A stretch of 64,000 nt of DNA. It comes from Candidatus Bathyarchaeia archaeon (lineage in GTDB: Archaea; Thermoproteota; Bathyarchaeia; Bathyarchaeales; Bathycorpusculaceae). Each line of letters begins with the position of its first letter. The first letter of the stretch is position 1. The position numbers and the translations under genes are program-made. The notes under the pieces were generated by a model, which was not told where the DNA came from, ran no database searches, and saw nothing but the letters and a program-made list of their open reading frames with translations. The stretch covers positions 64,001 through 128,000 of the forward strand of contig JAVYWL010000004.1 of assembly GCA_038727135.1 (NCBI GenBank), in the 5' to 3' direction. Below are positions 40,075 to 49,966 of the stretch, piece by piece.

Positions 40075-40449
40075 CTAGCATCGGAACAAGCGTCCACCAT
40101 AAATTTCTTCCAAAAGCCGCATGAGAATTTTTGCCTTACGCTTAAACTCTACATCGGAAACCGTGTGCCTCATGGGGCACAAATCATCCAACACTACGCC
40201 TTTGCCATCCACATAAACAACCGGGTAAAGGCGACACCCCAAAGGCCTTATCTTATAAACCCGACACCTCTTATCGGCGAGACTATAAAAATAGCACCAA
40301 CCATTAACATTCTTAAGACGTGGCACCCCATCACAAACAACTATAAAATCTTCTGGACGATAGCCAGCACTCGCCAACCTCTTCACATCATGATTTGAAA
40401 GCTCCATCTCAGTTTCATGGCAGCATTCCCCACAACCCGAACAACGCAT
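40075..40449 (-). CDS. YkgJ family cysteine-cluster protein
   Basis: CSGCGECC, CYFY, CRVYKIRPLGCRLYP; probable start MRCS. Confidence 0.9.
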   Translation of the reverse strand: MRCSGCGECCHETEMELSNHDVKRLASAGYRPEDFIVVCDGVPRLKNVNGWCYFYSLADKRCRVYKIRPLGCRLYPVVYVDGKGVVLDDLCPMRHTVSDVEFKRKAKILMRLLEEIYGGRLFRC

Positions 40450-40671
40450 AAGAGACCCCCTAACGGCATGTTTTAACGGGGTAAATTCGAACATGCAATA
40501 GTGTGAATTTTCCGAACCATCCCTCCGCTAAGTCCTTATGAAATTCTGATATTACCTAGGTTTCTTGGATTTTCATTGTTTTGCCCAGCATTTTTCCTTT
40601 TTATTCATCGCGTTACAGAGCGTTTCCTCGCTATATTTATCTAAATAACCTTTTATTCATGCGGTTCCCAT

Positions 40672-42096
40672 TCACTTCCCTTGATATTTGGCATAGGTGT
40701 CAAGTATAACCACGTAGGATTTTTCGCAGCCGGCTAGGCCTTGGACTTTTTGGTTTCCTTCAATGACGAAGTATTCATCTGGTGAATGTGCTCTTCCACC
40801 GTGTCCGAGTCCCGCGTCTATGAATGGTAGATATAATGGTCCACGGTTAAAGAGGTAATATGGAACACTTGAAGCGGTCATCGGCCAGATTTCGGGTTCA
40901 TACCCCATTTTTTGATATGCTTGGATTGTGGCTTGCACGATTGGTTCTTTGACGCTTGTTTTGGCCCATTCATATGGGTCTAAAGATCTAACAGTTATGT
41001 CCGTATATCCGTGCTTGTCAAGGTGTCTTCGAATTTTTCTTACAATTTCTTCTGATTTCTGGTCTGGAACTAGCCTGGCATCCATTTTCACTATGATTTT
41101 ATGTGGAAGCACTGTTTTTGAGCCTGGTCCAACGTATCCTGCATATATCCCATCGATGTTTAGTGTTGTAGAGTAAAGGTATTGCAGGAGAAGCTCTTTG
41201 CCGTGTAAATCGTTTATGAATCTGTCAACTTTTATTTCATGTTTTATTGCTTCTTCATCGAATGTTTCTGCGAGTTTATCGATTAATTCGAGGTCTTCTT
41301 TTGTTGGTGGTTTTACATTTTCGTACCAGTCTTCAATTAGGATTTTGTTTCCGTCTTCCGATGTCATGGTGGCTAAGGCGTGAATCATCCGCCATACTGG
41401 GCTATCAACCCAAGATTTATCGCTGCTATGAATATCAAATTCCTTGGGTCCTCTTCCCCAAAGTTTACCGCTGCATTCAAGTTCAACGTATTCTATGCCC
41501 TTGTAGCCTAGTGCCATGATCACTTTTCCTTTTTCATCTTGACATGCGTCCGGCCCGAAAAGCGCATCGGCCTTTAACATTTCCTTATGCTCTTTTACAA
41601 ACTCTGCAAATGCGGTGCTTCCTAATTCTTCATCTCCCTGTGCTACAAACTTGAGGTTTACGGGAATCTCTTCTCCAACAGCCAAAATTGATTGAAGGGC
41701 GTTTAGAAATGCTATTAGGGGTCCTTTAGAGTTTATGGCTCCACGTGCAACGACGCATTTCCCGAAGGGTTCAATGTCGACTAATCTTGCTTCCAATGGG
41801 GGGCTTGACCATTTCTCGCCTGTAAATGGTTGCGTGTCATACATCATGTAGACAAGCAAGGTTTTTTCTGCATTTGCATCATATTCGCCATAAACTACAG
41901 GAAAGCTTCTAGTTTTAATGAGTCTCGTGTTTTTGCATCCAAGTTCATCAAGGTAACCTTTTAAAAGTTCAGCGCACTCTACCACACCATAGTTTTCAGC
42001 GGAGACGCTCGGCTGACGTAAAAACTCTTGTAGCCTTCTGATGTGTTCTTTAATATGGCCATCTATATATTTGCTAACTTTTTTAAAATTGACCAT
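40672..42096 (-). CDS. M20 family metallo-hydrolase (dipeptidase-like)
   Basis: QPSVSA, YDTQP, DEELGS, HSS, AHSPDE. Confidence 0.88.
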   Translation of the reverse strand: MVNFKKVSKYIDGHIKEHIRRLQEFLRQPSVSAENYGVVECAELLKGYLDELGCKNTRLIKTRSFPVVYGEYDANAEKTLLVYMMYDTQPFTGEKWSSPPLEARLVDIEPFGKCVVARGAINSKGPLIAFLNALQSILAVGEEIPVNLKFVAQGDEELGSTAFAEFVKEHKEMLKADALFGPDACQDEKGKVIMALGYKGIEYVELECSGKLWGRGPKEFDIHSSDKSWVDSPVWRMIHALATMTSEDGNKILIEDWYENVKPPTKEDLELIDKLAETFDEEAIKHEIKVDRFINDLHGKELLLQYLYSTTLNIDGIYAGYVGPGSKTVLPHKIIVKMDARLVPDQKSEEIVRKIRRHLDKHGYTDITVRSLDPYEWAKTSVKEPIVQATIQAYQKMGYEPEIWPMTASSVPYYLFNRGPLYLPFIDAGLGHGGRAHSPDEYFVIEGNQKVQGLAGCEKSYVVILDTYAKYQGK

Positions 42097-42152
42097 GTTT
42101 CATCCCTTGAATAACGTGCATAATATAAGAAATATTTAAGACTTAAAAACAC

Positions 42153-43829
42153 ATGAGACAGATAGCGCATGGTGGCTTCATGATGTTTGATCTGCTTATT
42201 AAAAATGGTCTTCTAATTGATGGTGCCGGTAACCCTTGGTTTAATGCGGATTTAGGAATATCAAATGGGAAAATAGTCGAAATTAGCAGGCGGATTAACG
42301 CTAAAGCGGAGAGAATTATAGACGCGAAGGGGCTTATAGTTTCACCGGGCTTCATAGATATTCACTCCCACTCTGATCTTACCCTTTTGATTAACCCGAG
42401 CGCAGATAGCAAAGTTAGACAAGGTGTCACCACAGAAGTTGTTGGAAATTGCGGCATGAGCGCCGCACCGGTAAGAAGAGAGAATCTGAGCTTGCTTAAA
42501 GATGAGTGGGGTTCTGGGGCCAATTACGTCGCATGGGATTGGACCACGTTTGACGAGTACCTAAATCGACTGGAGGAGCGCAAAATATCGGTTAATGTGG
42601 CGTCTTTTGTTGGGCATGGTACAGTTAGGACAGCAGTCATCGGGGTTGATGACAGAGAACCTACTCGGAAGGAACTAGATGACATGAAAAGTTTGGTTGC
42701 AGAAGCCATGGAAGCAGGTGCATTTGGTTTATCAAGTGGACTGGTTTACCTTCCAGGATGTTTTGCCAAGACTCAAGAATTAATTGAACTTTGCAAGGTG
42801 GTGGCTGAATACGGAGGCATTTATACATCACATATACGTGGTGAAAGGGAAACCATCGTGGATGCATTGAAAGAGGCAATAGAGATAGGCGAGAAATCAC
42901 ATGTGCCAGTTCAAGTATCGCATAACTGTCCAAAATATGGCGGTCAAGGGAAGCTAATGGAAATGTTTAAAATTTACGAAGAAGCGAGGGCGCGGGGGGT
43001 TGAAGTAACATTTGATAATGATGCACACACAGACTTTAATGCAAAATTAAGCCAGGTGCTACCCCAGTGGGCGCAGGTGGGCGGAAGCGAAAAAATTGTT
43101 AAAAGATTGAAGAATCCACAAATTCGTGAAAGGATCAAAAGAGAAATAATTGAGGATAAACATCCCGGTCCGGGGTATGTAGGACTTGTAAAACATGGCC
43201 GCTGGGATAGAATCTTCCTATTCCATTGCAGAAAAAATAAGGACTTAATTGGGAAAAGTATAGAAGAAATCGCAAAAGTTAGAAGTAAAGACCCATTTGA
43301 TGTTTTTCTTGATTTAATAGTGGAAGAGAGAGGCGACGTAAGCGCTCTTTTTAATTACATGGAAGAAGATGATATACGCACATTGATGAAACATCCGCTG
43401 ATGATGTTTTGCAGCGATGGTGTTGCATCCTCTAATCGGGGAATTTTAAGAAGGATTACGGGATATTCGCCGTGCAGTTTTGGCGAGTATCCCTATATTT
43501 TACAGCGATTCGTTAGAGAGGAAAAAGTTTTGCCGCTTCAAGAGGCGATTAGGAAAATGACGTCATTTCCAGCTCAAAAATTGGGGTTAAGGGACCGCGG
43601 CCTACTTAGAGAGGGTATGTGGGCTGACATCGTTATTTTTAATGCTGACACAATTAAAGATAGGGCAACAAACCGGTTTCCCTACAAATTTCCACTAGAA
43701 AATTATCCGCACAAATATCCGGAGGGCATAGAATATGTAATTGTGAACGGTGAGATCGTGGTTGAAAAAGGAAAACACAAAAATTGTTTTCCAGGGAAAG
43801 TTCTCCGTCATAAAAGTCTAATTAGTTAA
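42153..43829 (+). CDS. N-acyl-D-amino-acid deacylase family amidohydrolase
   Basis: PGFIDIHSHSD, QGVTTEVVGNCG, SHIRGE, AIRKMTSFPA. Confidence 0.9.
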   Translation: MRQIAHGGFMMFDLLIKNGLLIDGAGNPWFNADLGISNGKIVEISRRINAKAERIIDAKGLIVSPGFIDIHSHSDLTLLINPSADSKVRQGVTTEVVGNCGMSAAPVRRENLSLLKDEWGSGANYVAWDWTTFDEYLNRLEERKISVNVASFVGHGTVRTAVIGVDDREPTRKELDDMKSLVAEAMEAGAFGLSSGLVYLPGCFAKTQELIELCKVVAEYGGIYTSHIRGERETIVDALKEAIEIGEKSHVPVQVSHNCPKYGGQGKLMEMFKIYEEARARGVEVTFDNDAHTDFNAKLSQVLPQWAQVGGSEKIVKRLKNPQIRERIKREIIEDKHPGPGYVGLVKHGRWDRIFLFHCRKNKDLIGKSIEEIAKVRSKDPFDVFLDLIVEERGDVSALFNYMEEDDIRTLMKHPLMMFCSDGVASSNRGILRRITGYSPCSFGEYPYILQRFVREEKVLPLQEAIRKMTSFPAQKLGLRDRGLLREGMWADIVIFNADTIKDRATNRFPYKFPLENYPHKYPEGIEYVIVNGEIVVEKGKHKNCFPGKVLRHKSLIS

Positions 43830-43863
43830 GCGTTCTGTTCCTGGAAAATTCCTTGAATTTCAT

Positions 43864-45291
43864 TCAACTTTTCAAGTCTTTAACCGCTGCTTTTAGTATT
43901 TCTTCAAGCCGCTTGCATAAGTCCTTATCTAATTGGGGAGGCTCATGTTCCGCTAAAATCTTTTTAGCCTTTTCTCGTGCAACTTCAACTATGCTTTTAC
44001 AGCCCATTTTCTCCCATTGAGACCTTGAAGATCTATCTACAAGTTTTGGGATAAAATATTCCTCACGATAATGCTTTAGAGTATGTCTCTGTTGGAGAAA
44101 ATTCGACGATTCATTCACAACTTTCGTTATGACATCTACTGCAAGTTTTTCTTCATCAAACGCTATGCCTCTAACCGCCCTAAATATCATCCCAAATATT
44201 TCATCATCAATAACCAATTGTTCATAGCTTACCGTGATACCGCTTTCGATGCATCCGGCGCCGGATAATGCATCGGCACCGGCTAATGCGGGCAAAATGC
44301 CGTTAAAAGCTCTTTCAAAGGCAGCTTGTTCGTCTAGCACTTTTGAGTCTGTGTCAAGACCATACACGTCGCAGGGAAGCCCGTAAAATTTGGCGAGTTG
44401 CACGCATCCAACAGACATTAATGCCGCTTCAATTCCATCACATGCTTGGCCCGTGGACATGCTGAACGGTATGCATCTCGGAGAGTATTCCACGGGGTTG
44501 CCGGGGTTAAGAAGCTGTACCATCACTATTCCGGCTAGCATCTCAACATTTTGTTGGAGTATTGTTCCGGCCAATGTAACCGGGCTGGTTGCTCCGGAGA
44601 GGGGGCAGGGCAATACTGCAATGGGGATGTTATGGTTTGCTGCTCTAACCATTATTTTTGTGACATCCTTCGAAAATTGGAGGGGACTTGTTGGTGAAAT
44701 ACTCGTGGTTGCTATTGGGCGTTTCATCAGTTCCTCGTGTCCCACAACCGTTTCAAGCATTCTAATTATGTATTGGTAGTTGGTGTCGTTATATGGAGTG
44801 GCATCAAAATTTTTACCGGTGTTTCTGATAATTGCCTCCACGGCATAGATGTCCCTTAAATGTTCTGGTACATCCGTTGGATAAACGATCATTGTTTGGC
44901 TGTGGATATTTGGGAGAAAATCCACAATTCTCGTTAGTTTTTCCACATCTTCCCTAGTGGAGGGCCGCATTTTACCCGAATCGAGGTCAATCACATTGGC
45001 TGCTCCGCCCACTGGATGAGTGTAAATTTTCCCGTCTCCAAGTGTGATATTATATTTTGGCTCTCTAGCATACAACGTTACCTGTTTAGGCGCCTTTTTT
45101 ATGCACTCTTTAGCCAGACTAGCCGGAATTTTAGCTCTCTTAGTATTAAAGTCAACGTTTATTCCGTTATCGTTCAAAAATTTTAAAAAATCGTCATCAT
45201 GGATCAGAACACCTACTTCTTCTAAGATTTTCAGGCTTGAAGAATGTATTTTCTCGATTTGGTCTGAAGTAAGGAACTTTAACATCTTCAT
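43864..45291 (-). CDS. MttB-superfamily corrinoid methyltransferase, non-pyrrolysine
   Basis: SPTSPLQ, GATSPVTLAG, TDSKVLDEQA, SYEQLVIDDEI; no in-frame TAG. Confidence 0.93.
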   Translation of the reverse strand: MKMLKFLTSDQIEKIHSSSLKILEEVGVLIHDDDFLKFLNDNGINVDFNTKRAKIPASLAKECIKKAPKQVTLYAREPKYNITLGDGKIYTHPVGGAANVIDLDSGKMRPSTREDVEKLTRIVDFLPNIHSQTMIVYPTDVPEHLRDIYAVEAIIRNTGKNFDATPYNDTNYQYIIRMLETVVGHEELMKRPIATTSISPTSPLQFSKDVTKIMVRAANHNIPIAVLPCPLSGATSPVTLAGTILQQNVEMLAGIVMVQLLNPGNPVEYSPRCIPFSMSTGQACDGIEAALMSVGCVQLAKFYGLPCDVYGLDTDSKVLDEQAAFERAFNGILPALAGADALSGAGCIESGITVSYEQLVIDDEIFGMIFRAVRGIAFDEEKLAVDVITKVVNESSNFLQQRHTLKHYREEYFIPKLVDRSSRSQWEKMGCKSIVEVAREKAKKILAEHEPPQLDKDLCKRLEEILKAAVKDLKS

Positions 45292-45368
45292 TCCTTCTGT
45301 TATTGGAGTGCGTAAAATTTGCTATAAGATTCTTTGGAAATATAAAGTTTAGTGTAAAAGACGAAATG

Positions 45369-46361
45369 TTATTTTATTTTATGACAAGCTACGTAATGTT
45401 CTTTTCCAACGTTAATAAGTTTTGGCTCCTCTTTTTTACAAATTTCTTCCACAACCGGACATCGTGTGCAAAATCTACAACCGGGGGGTGGATCTATCGG
45501 GCTTGGAATTTCCCCTTTAATTGTTAACTTTGTGCGCCGCGATTTTGGATCAGGCACCGGCACAGCAGATATAAGTGCGGTGGTGTATGGATGCATGGAC
45601 TCATAAACGATGTCCTCAGCGCTTCCCATCTCCATTATTTTACCAAGATACATTACTGCAATTCTGTTACACATGTGGCGAGCTATAGCCAGGTCATGTG
45701 TAATAAATAAGATTGAAACATTGAATTTTTCTATTAACTCCACAATAAGATTGAGTATTTCTGCTCTTATTGACACGTCAAGCATTGAAACAGGCTCGTC
45801 TAAAACCACAAATTCTGGATTAACCACGAATGTTCTCGCTATGGCAACCCTCTGTCTCTGTCCTCCACTGAGTTCATGGGGATACCTGAACAAAAATTCT
45901 TCCGGAGGGACAAGCTTAACATCCTCTAAGGCTTTTATTACTCTTTCTTCAACTTCTTTTTCGCTGCCTACAATTTTTTGGATGCGCAGCCCCTCTGCAA
46001 CAATATCCATCACTGTTTTTCTCGGATTTAGGGATTCGTAGGGATCTTGGAAAACCATCTGCAATTTTCGTCGAATTTGTTTCATCTGGTTTCCGGAAAG
46101 ATTCGTTATATCTCGGCCTTTAAAGAAAATTTTTCCGCTTGTCGGTTCGATCATTTTGACAGCTAATCTTCCGGTGGTTGTCTTTCCGCTTCCGCTTTCT
46201 CCAACAAGACCAAAAATTTCCTTCTTTTTAACATTAAAGTTTATACCATCTACGGCTTTAACAAATGACTCTTTTTTCGAAAGTAAGGTTTTCAGAAAGC
46301 CCTTTCTAACATGGAACCATTTCCTTAAATCTGTCACTTCTATTACTTTATCTTGAGACAT
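45369..46361 (-). CDS. oppF: Peptide ABC transporter ATPase
   Basis: GESGSGKT, LSGGQRQR, GCRFCTRC. Confidence 0.93.
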   Translation of the reverse strand: MSQDKVIEVTDLRKWFHVRKGFLKTLLSKKESFVKAVDGINFNVKKKEIFGLVGESGSGKTTTGRLAVKMIEPTSGKIFFKGRDITNLSGNQMKQIRRKLQMVFQDPYESLNPRKTVMDIVAEGLRIQKIVGSEKEVEERVIKALEDVKLVPPEEFLFRYPHELSGGQRQRVAIARTFVVNPEFVVLDEPVSMLDVSIRAEILNLIVELIEKFNVSILFITHDLAIARHMCNRIAVMYLGKIMEMGSAEDIVYESMHPYTTALISAVPVPDPKSRRTKLTIKGEIPSPIDPPPGCRFCTRCPVVEEICKKEEPKLINVGKEHYVACHKIK

Positions 46362-46375
46362 TTTGTTCTCTCCGG

Positions 46376-47341
46376 TTAAAGATTTTCATATAAATGGCAT
46401 GCCACAAAGTGATCTTCTCCCTTTATCTTCCTTAATGGCGGTTCTTGTTCACGGCAAAGGCTTTTTGCATACATGCATCTTGGATGAAATCTGCAACCTT
46501 TTGGGGGATTTAAGAGGTTTGGCGGAGAACCTGGAACTGCGCTGATTCTTGTTTTAGCAGATTTTATGTTTGGGAACGCATGAATTAAGCCTTTAGTGTA
46601 AGGATGAAGAGGTTCTTCAAATAAGTCTATAACATCTGCATACTCAACTATCTTGCCGGCATACATTATGGCGGCTTTATCGCAAGTGTCGGCTATTATA
46701 GATAGATCGTGTGTTATAAGCATCACGGATAGGTTAAGTTTCTTCCTCAGCTCTTCCATGACGCTGAGCACTTGAGCTTGAACAATTACATCGAGGGCTG
46801 TTCCGGGTTCGTCAGCTATTAAAAGTTCTGGGTTACATGCCAATGCCATTGCTATAAGTCCACGTTGTCTCATGCCACCGCTTAACTCGTGGGGATAACT
46901 TTTAACCCTCCCCCTTTCCATTCCAACCAGTTCTAATAACTCTTCTGCCCTGTGTAAAGCTTCCTTTTTGTCAAGTTTTGGCTCATGCGCCAGAATAGCT
47001 TCCACAATCTGATCCCCGAGTCTATAAAGTGGATCAAGTGCATTCATGGCTCCTTGAAAAACTAATGCTATTTTTTTCCACCGAATTTGTTTCATTTGTT
47101 TTTCAGGAATTTTGACGATGTCAACACCGTTTAAAAGGATTTTACCATCAACTATTCTGCCACTTGAAGGCAGAATTTTCATTATTGATAAGGCTACTGT
47201 AGTTTTACCGCAGCCAGATTCTCCAGCTAATCCTAAGGCTTGTCCTCGTTTAATTTCAAAACTAACACCATCTACAGCTTTTACTTGGCCTCTTCTTGTG
47301 GAGTAATATACCTTTAGGTTTTCGACGTTTAAGAGGGACGT
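46376..47341 (-). CDS. oppD: Peptide ABC transporter ATPase; non-canonical start
   Basis: Walker A GESGCGKT lies in-frame upstream of the ORF-track ATG 47182; reading (ACG)SLLNVENLK from 47341. Confidence 0.88.
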   Translation of the reverse strand, partial: TSLLNVENLKVYYSTRRGQVKAVDGVSFEIKRGQALGLAGESGCGKTTVALSIMKILPSSGRIVDGKILLNGVDIVKIPEKQMKQIRWKKIALVFQGAMNALDPLYRLGDQIVEAILAHEPKLDKKEALHRAEELLELVGMERGRVKSYPHELSGGMRQRGLIAMALACNPELLIADEPGTALDVIVQAQVLSVMEELRKKLNLSVMLITHDLSIIADTCDKAAIMYAGKIVEYADVIDLFEEPLHPYTKGLIHAFPNIKSAKTRISAVPGSPPNLLNPPKGCRFHPRCMYAKSLCREQEPPLRKIKGEDHFVACHLYENL

Positions 47342-47342
47342 T

Positions 47343-48878
47343 TTAATACCTCTCCCTAAGTTTTGGGTTGAATATTTCGTCTAGAGCGTATCCAATGAAG
47401 ATGAATGATATTGAAATTGCTGCTATACATAAGCCAGGCGGGAGGACCCACCACCATTTTTGAACACCTCCGGGAGCCAGCAAAGCATCGTGAAGCATCC
47501 TTCCCCACGTCATCACTTCTGTTGGGTATAGCCCGAGGAAGCTAAGATATGCCTCTGAATAAATGGCTGCAGGGGCTGAAGTCGCCAGCGTGACATAAAC
47601 CAGATTCATAACGTTTGGAGTTAAGACTTTAAAAATTATGTAAAGGTTGTCTCCTCCTAGAATTTTTGATGCTTCAACGAAAGGTCTTTCTTTGAGACTG
47701 AGAATTTGGGATCTGACTATTCTGGCAAAACTCATCCACCCGAGGAGGGATATCGCTATAATTATAATCCATAACGACGGACCGAGAACGGCTACCAACA
47801 CTAAAAGTAATGGGAGTTCAGGTATTACCAAAAATGCGTCTGTTATTCTCATTAAGACCTCGTCTACGAACCCCCCGAAATATCCAGAGAGCAACCCTAT
47901 AATCAGCCCTATGCCTGTGGAGAAGAGCGCTCCGAGAAATCCGACCAGAAGGGATATTCTTGTTCCATAGATTAGTTGAGAGAATATGTCTCGTCCGAAC
48001 CTGTCGGTTCCAAGTAAACCGAAGGCTTCCCCAAATAATTTTAGGTTAAGGTCATCTATGTAAACTGTAACGTTCATCAGTTCTTTACTGAAAAGGATTT
48101 CAACGCCGAAGGTATAGTTTGTTTGTTTTGAGAATACTTTTCTGTCTGGATCTAAGATGTCAGAATCTATGAGTTTAGGATATGGCTTAAGTCCAGTTAT
48201 GCTTGGTTTAATCCATGTTCCGATTTCATAGATTCCCCCCTGCCTTCTAAGGCCTTCTTGTGGAGACCACAAAACTGTTTTGCTTCCATCATGTTGTTCA
48301 ATGAAAACTGTAATGTTGAGGTTATACATCGTTACAGTAGTGTTTTCAGGAGCATCAACTTTAAGAGAAATTGTTCCAGTCCATTTAACCGGCGGGTTTC
48401 CGTAGGGATAAACAAACTCTTTAGATAAAACGGCCTTTATTCCCCCTATCAGTGGAGTTTCAGAGCGGTTTAAGTTTATAGCTATGCAGCCTGGGCCGCT
48501 TTGTGGACTTCCCTCGTTATATAAGTATTTCAGGGAAATGCATTGAATTGTTGCGTTTGTAATAAACCTCCATTGTTGTAGTGATGTGCTCGTAGAAAAC
48601 CCCGGATCTTCAATGGGGTTTAGGTTTTCGCTGACGCTTCCGTAACCTGGTATGTATCTTATCCAAGAAGGCTTGGCGAGAGGACTGGCAATGATTTCTT
48701 TTGGTATTTCTATGGGGTCATAGGGGGCAATTATAGGCGCCGCTAGAGCTATAAAAACAAACAAAGTTAGTATAGCTATACCTAAAACCCCTCTTTTGTT
48801 CTGCATGATAATTTTTAATACGTTAATGAATCCTTTCAGGCGCAGCGCCAATTTTGTCTTGTGAAGTTTTGGCATCAA
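47343..48878 (-). CDS. oppC: Peptide ABC permease with large extracytoplasmic insertion
   Basis: LGTDRFGRD, FVEASKILG. Confidence 0.92.
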   Translation of the reverse strand: MMPKLHKTKLALRLKGFINVLKIIMQNKRGVLGIAILTLFVFIALAAPIIAPYDPIEIPKEIIASPLAKPSWIRYIPGYGSVSENLNPIEDPGFSTSTSLQQWRFITNATIQCISLKYLYNEGSPQSGPGCIAINLNRSETPLIGGIKAVLSKEFVYPYGNPPVKWTGTISLKVDAPENTTVTMYNLNITVFIEQHDGSKTVLWSPQEGLRRQGGIYEIGTWIKPSITGLKPYPKLIDSDILDPDRKVFSKQTNYTFGVEILFSKELMNVTVYIDDLNLKLFGEAFGLLGTDRFGRDIFSQLIYGTRISLLVGFLGALFSTGIGLIIGLLSGYFGGFVDEVLMRITDAFLVIPELPLLLVLVAVLGPSLWIIIIAISLLGWMSFARIVRSQILSLKERPFVEASKILGGDNLYIIFKVLTPNVMNLVYVTLATSAPAAIYSEAYLSFLGLYPTEVMTWGRMLHDALLAPGGVQKWWWVLPPGLCIAAISISFIFIGYALDEIFNPKLRERY

Positions 48879-48881
48879 ATT

Positions 48882-49862
48882 TCACCCGTATCTTATTCGC
48901 GGGTCGATAACTCCGTAAACGATGTCGACTATGAAGTTAGCAGCGATCACGCATAGACTTACAAGGTAAAATATTGTTTGGAGCGCTGGATAATCCCAGC
49001 TTTCAATGGACTGCCAGATCCACATTCCTAATCCTGGATATTGGAAAACCGTTTCTGTTAGCATAGCCCCAGATAAGGTGAGGCCGAAGGCTATTCCAAC
49101 CTGCGTTATTATTGGTAATGAAGCATTTTTCAATGCGTGTTTAAAGAGTATTTTTGTGTCACTGATTCCTTTCGCTTTTAAAGTGACCAAATAATCCTCG
49201 CTTAAAACTTCCAGCATTGAGGCCCTTGTTAAAAGAACGTATCCTCCTCCGCTTAGTAATACCAGTGCTAAGGCGGGCAAGAATAAATGGTGAAGGCGAA
49301 CTGCAAGTTCCACTAAAAAATTTTCGGGTTTTCCATAAATAGCCCACTCTGGTGGAAACGAAAAACCGGGAGGAAACCAGTGTAAAGTATATGAAAAGAT
49401 TAGAAGCAAAAGCATTCCTACCCAAAATACAGGTAATCCCTGTGTGACTACTGCAAGGCCGGAGATCAATGTGTCTATGATTCCTCCTCTTTTACTGGCT
49501 GCTATTACTCCGAGGGCTAGTCCAACTATGACTGCTAATATTTCTGCAGTGATGCACAATGTAAGAGTGTTCTGGAGACGTGAAGAAATTTCAAGGGATA
49601 CGGCTTGCCCTGTGCGGTAGGAGTAGCCAAATTGAAAAGTTAGGAGGTTTTGAATGTACTTTAAGTATCTAACATGAAGGGGGTCGAGCAGTCCGAAGCG
49701 TTCGTATAACTCTTGAATCTGTTCTTGCCGCAGTTTTTTCCCGCCAGCCAAAATTTGTACGGGGTTTCTAACCATAAATATGAAGAAGTTGATGGTGATT
49801 ACCACAAAAATTAAGATGATGGAGTAAATGGCCTTTTTAGCGATGTATGTCCGAAGCCCCAT
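48882..49862 (-). CDS. oppB: Peptide ABC permease
   Basis: KAKG...HALKNA, ETVFQYPGLG, DPRIR. Confidence 0.94.
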   Translation of the reverse strand: MGLRTYIAKKAIYSIILIFVVITINFFIFMVRNPVQILAGGKKLRQEQIQELYERFGLLDPLHVRYLKYIQNLLTFQFGYSYRTGQAVSLEISSRLQNTLTLCITAEILAVIVGLALGVIAASKRGGIIDTLISGLAVVTQGLPVFWVGMLLLLIFSYTLHWFPPGFSFPPEWAIYGKPENFLVELAVRLHHLFLPALALVLLSGGGYVLLTRASMLEVLSEDYLVTLKAKGISDTKILFKHALKNASLPIITQVGIAFGLTLSGAMLTETVFQYPGLGMWIWQSIESWDYPALQTIFYLVSLCVIAANFIVDIVYGVIDPRIRYG

Positions 49863-49966
49863 TTCTTGCCTCCAATGAATTTCTATAATTGTAATTTTTA
49901 ATCGCGGTTTTTATTAAACTTTAGTTCAATGAAAAAGCATGGATGAAATAAAAAATAAATGGGGTG

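Noticed and set aside
43864-45291. Pyrrolysine recoding in mttB
   Set aside because: The ORF is uninterrupted, with no in-frame TAG
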